From Perna viridis (lineage: Eukaryota): DNA of 64,000 nt. The stretch covers positions 26,102,001-26,166,000 of the forward strand of contig CM074513.1 in assembly GCA_037379345.1 (NCBI GenBank). The letters run 5' to 3'. Positions 62,621 to 64,000 of the stretch are shown here, piece after piece. Under the pieces are notes generated by a model. The model had not been told where the DNA came from. It saw only the letters and a program-made list of their open reading frames with translations, and searched no databases. The position numbers and the translations under genes were made by a program. Position 1 is the first letter of the stretch; each line of letters begins with the position of its first letter.

Positions 62621-63313
62621 ATGGAAAGATATGAATCAACTCTGGCTTTAGTGGACTTTGAACAAGACTTTGATGGCTACTCTTCTGGGTATGAGTCCAC
62701 ACCCTCAGACTCAGAATCTTCTAATAAGAGTAAAGAGTTACCTGTAGGAGAGAACAAGGAACCTGTCAAGATCAAAGAAAAGATGACCTATAGAAATACA
62801 CTTACTCTGGCTGAACATCTGAAGACCATGTCATCTCTTCCTGAACTCTGTGATGTTACATTTGAAGTTGGTGCAGACAAGATCGAAGTTCATGGTGTCA
62901 AGGCCATCCTAGGGTCCAGAAGCAGAGTACTTTATAATCTCATCCTTAAGAAAGAGAAAGAAGCAGAGTTTGAGAAAAAGTCTGGAAAGAACAAGAAGAA
63001 GAGAACAATTTCTGACAAGACCACTATTGTTGTTAAGAAATACGAACCAGAGGACTTCAGAAAGATAATACAGTTTATACACAGTGGCTCAGTAGATATC
63101 AACAGCTCATGTGTAACTGGACTTCTATGTGGCGCTTCACAGTTTGGACTTGATGATCTTGAAACAGCATGCTGGGACTTTGTCAACCATTCAATCAAGT
63201 CAGGGACCATCTCAAAAGTTATCCAATCAGCAAAGAGATACAGTAACCACAAGACTGGAGCAAGACTGCTGAAGAGGATATTTAGCCTAACACCACAGAT
63301 GGTTGAATTGTAA
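62621..63313 (+). CDS. BTB/POZ-domain protein, serine-enriched protein (gprs)-like, single coding exon, 230 aa
   Basis: ATG at 62621 in AACATGG context. LAEHLKTMSSLPELCDVTFEVG..VHGVKAILGSRSRV and FRKIIQFIHSGSVDI....VTGLLCGASQFGLDDLETAC form a BTB fold resembling the Drosophila gprs family as remembered; the protein ends shortly after the BTB domain. Confidence 0.88.
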   Translation: MERYESTLALVDFEQDFDGYSSGYESTPSDSESSNKSKELPVGENKEPVKIKEKMTYRNTLTLAEHLKTMSSLPELCDVTFEVGADKIEVHGVKAILGSRSRVLYNLILKKEKEAEFEKKSGKNKKKRTISDKTTIVVKKYEPEDFRKIIQFIHSGSVDINSSCVTGLLCGASQFGLDDLETACWDFVNHSIKSGTISKVIQSAKRYSNHKTGARLLKRIFSLTPQMVEL

Positions 63314-64000
63314 GAAATTCATTGTGCTTATCATTCAACAACTCTATTAGTGCTGTACTTGTGCTTATCTGTTTTGTTTTATATAAACTGTAATAAATCA
63401 GGGTTTCAATTGAAATATTTTTCTTTTATATGGACTAATCTGGAATGCACTTATTCAACAGTTTTATGATCGAATGGGAAGCACAATCATGAAGACAATA
63501 CCAATCACCCACAATTTCAGTTTTTATAATCCACTACAAAAATGATGTTGCAAGTTGTGGTGCTAGATATACCCTACACAAAATTGATATTAAAAGTAAA
63601 ACCCTACAACACATGCTTCACCTATCAACCAAATTTGAAATCAATTTATCCATTGAGAGTTGAAACATCCACAACAAATTTCAGACAGACAAGGTGATTC
63701 TAATAAACCATCCACTTATTAAGTGGGGGTATAATACATTTCATTCCTGGCTATCAATTATTGTATATACAATTTTCAGGGTTTTCTTTCGTGGATTCCC
63801 AGTACAGCCACTAAGTTTTCAACAGAAATCTTACATTTTGTTTGGAATTTGAGTTTGTGGTTTGAAAAACTGGTACCCCACAATCAATACTTATTCCATT
63901 TTAATTTCAACAAATGGTTGCAATTATTGTTAATTCTGACTTTCGAGTGTCAGTCCCTGATAGAATCAGACAATTGGTGACCATCACAATCAAGGGAAAC

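Overview
AT-rich (roughly 70% A+T by eye) animal genomic DNA with spliceosomal GT-AG introns. The repeat content and gene families point to a bivalve mollusc such as Mytilus (inference). Five genes can be built by hand. (1) The 3' part of PYROXD2 (+, 12 exons, 1-13334). (2) An intronless RING-less TRIM-like gene (two B-boxes, coiled coil, NHL-like propeller) nested antisense in a PYROXD2 intron and split by a single 1-nt frameshift (-, 5606-7323). (3) A tandem-PH TAPP1/2 (PLEKHA1/2) homologue (-, ATG at 44554) with 10 clear exons and a cluster of candidate micro-exons that would give alternative C-termini, several PDZ-ligand-like. (4) A complete SLU7 (+, 14 coding exons, 578 aa), head-to-head with the TAPP gene around a CpG-bearing promoter-like patch. 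(5) An intronless gprs-like BTB gene (+, 62621-63313) with an overlapping upstream ORF. Introns and intergenic DNA carry many non-autonomous transposons (Kolobok-, hAT-, Harbinger-, Tc1/pogo- and Helentron-type), foldback hairpins and short tandem repeats. The best novelty candidates are the TAPP C-terminal micro-exon switch, the Ala-to-Gly change in the TAPP lipid-binding loop, and the nested frameshifted TRIM-like gene. All homology calls are from memory of protein families; no searches were run.
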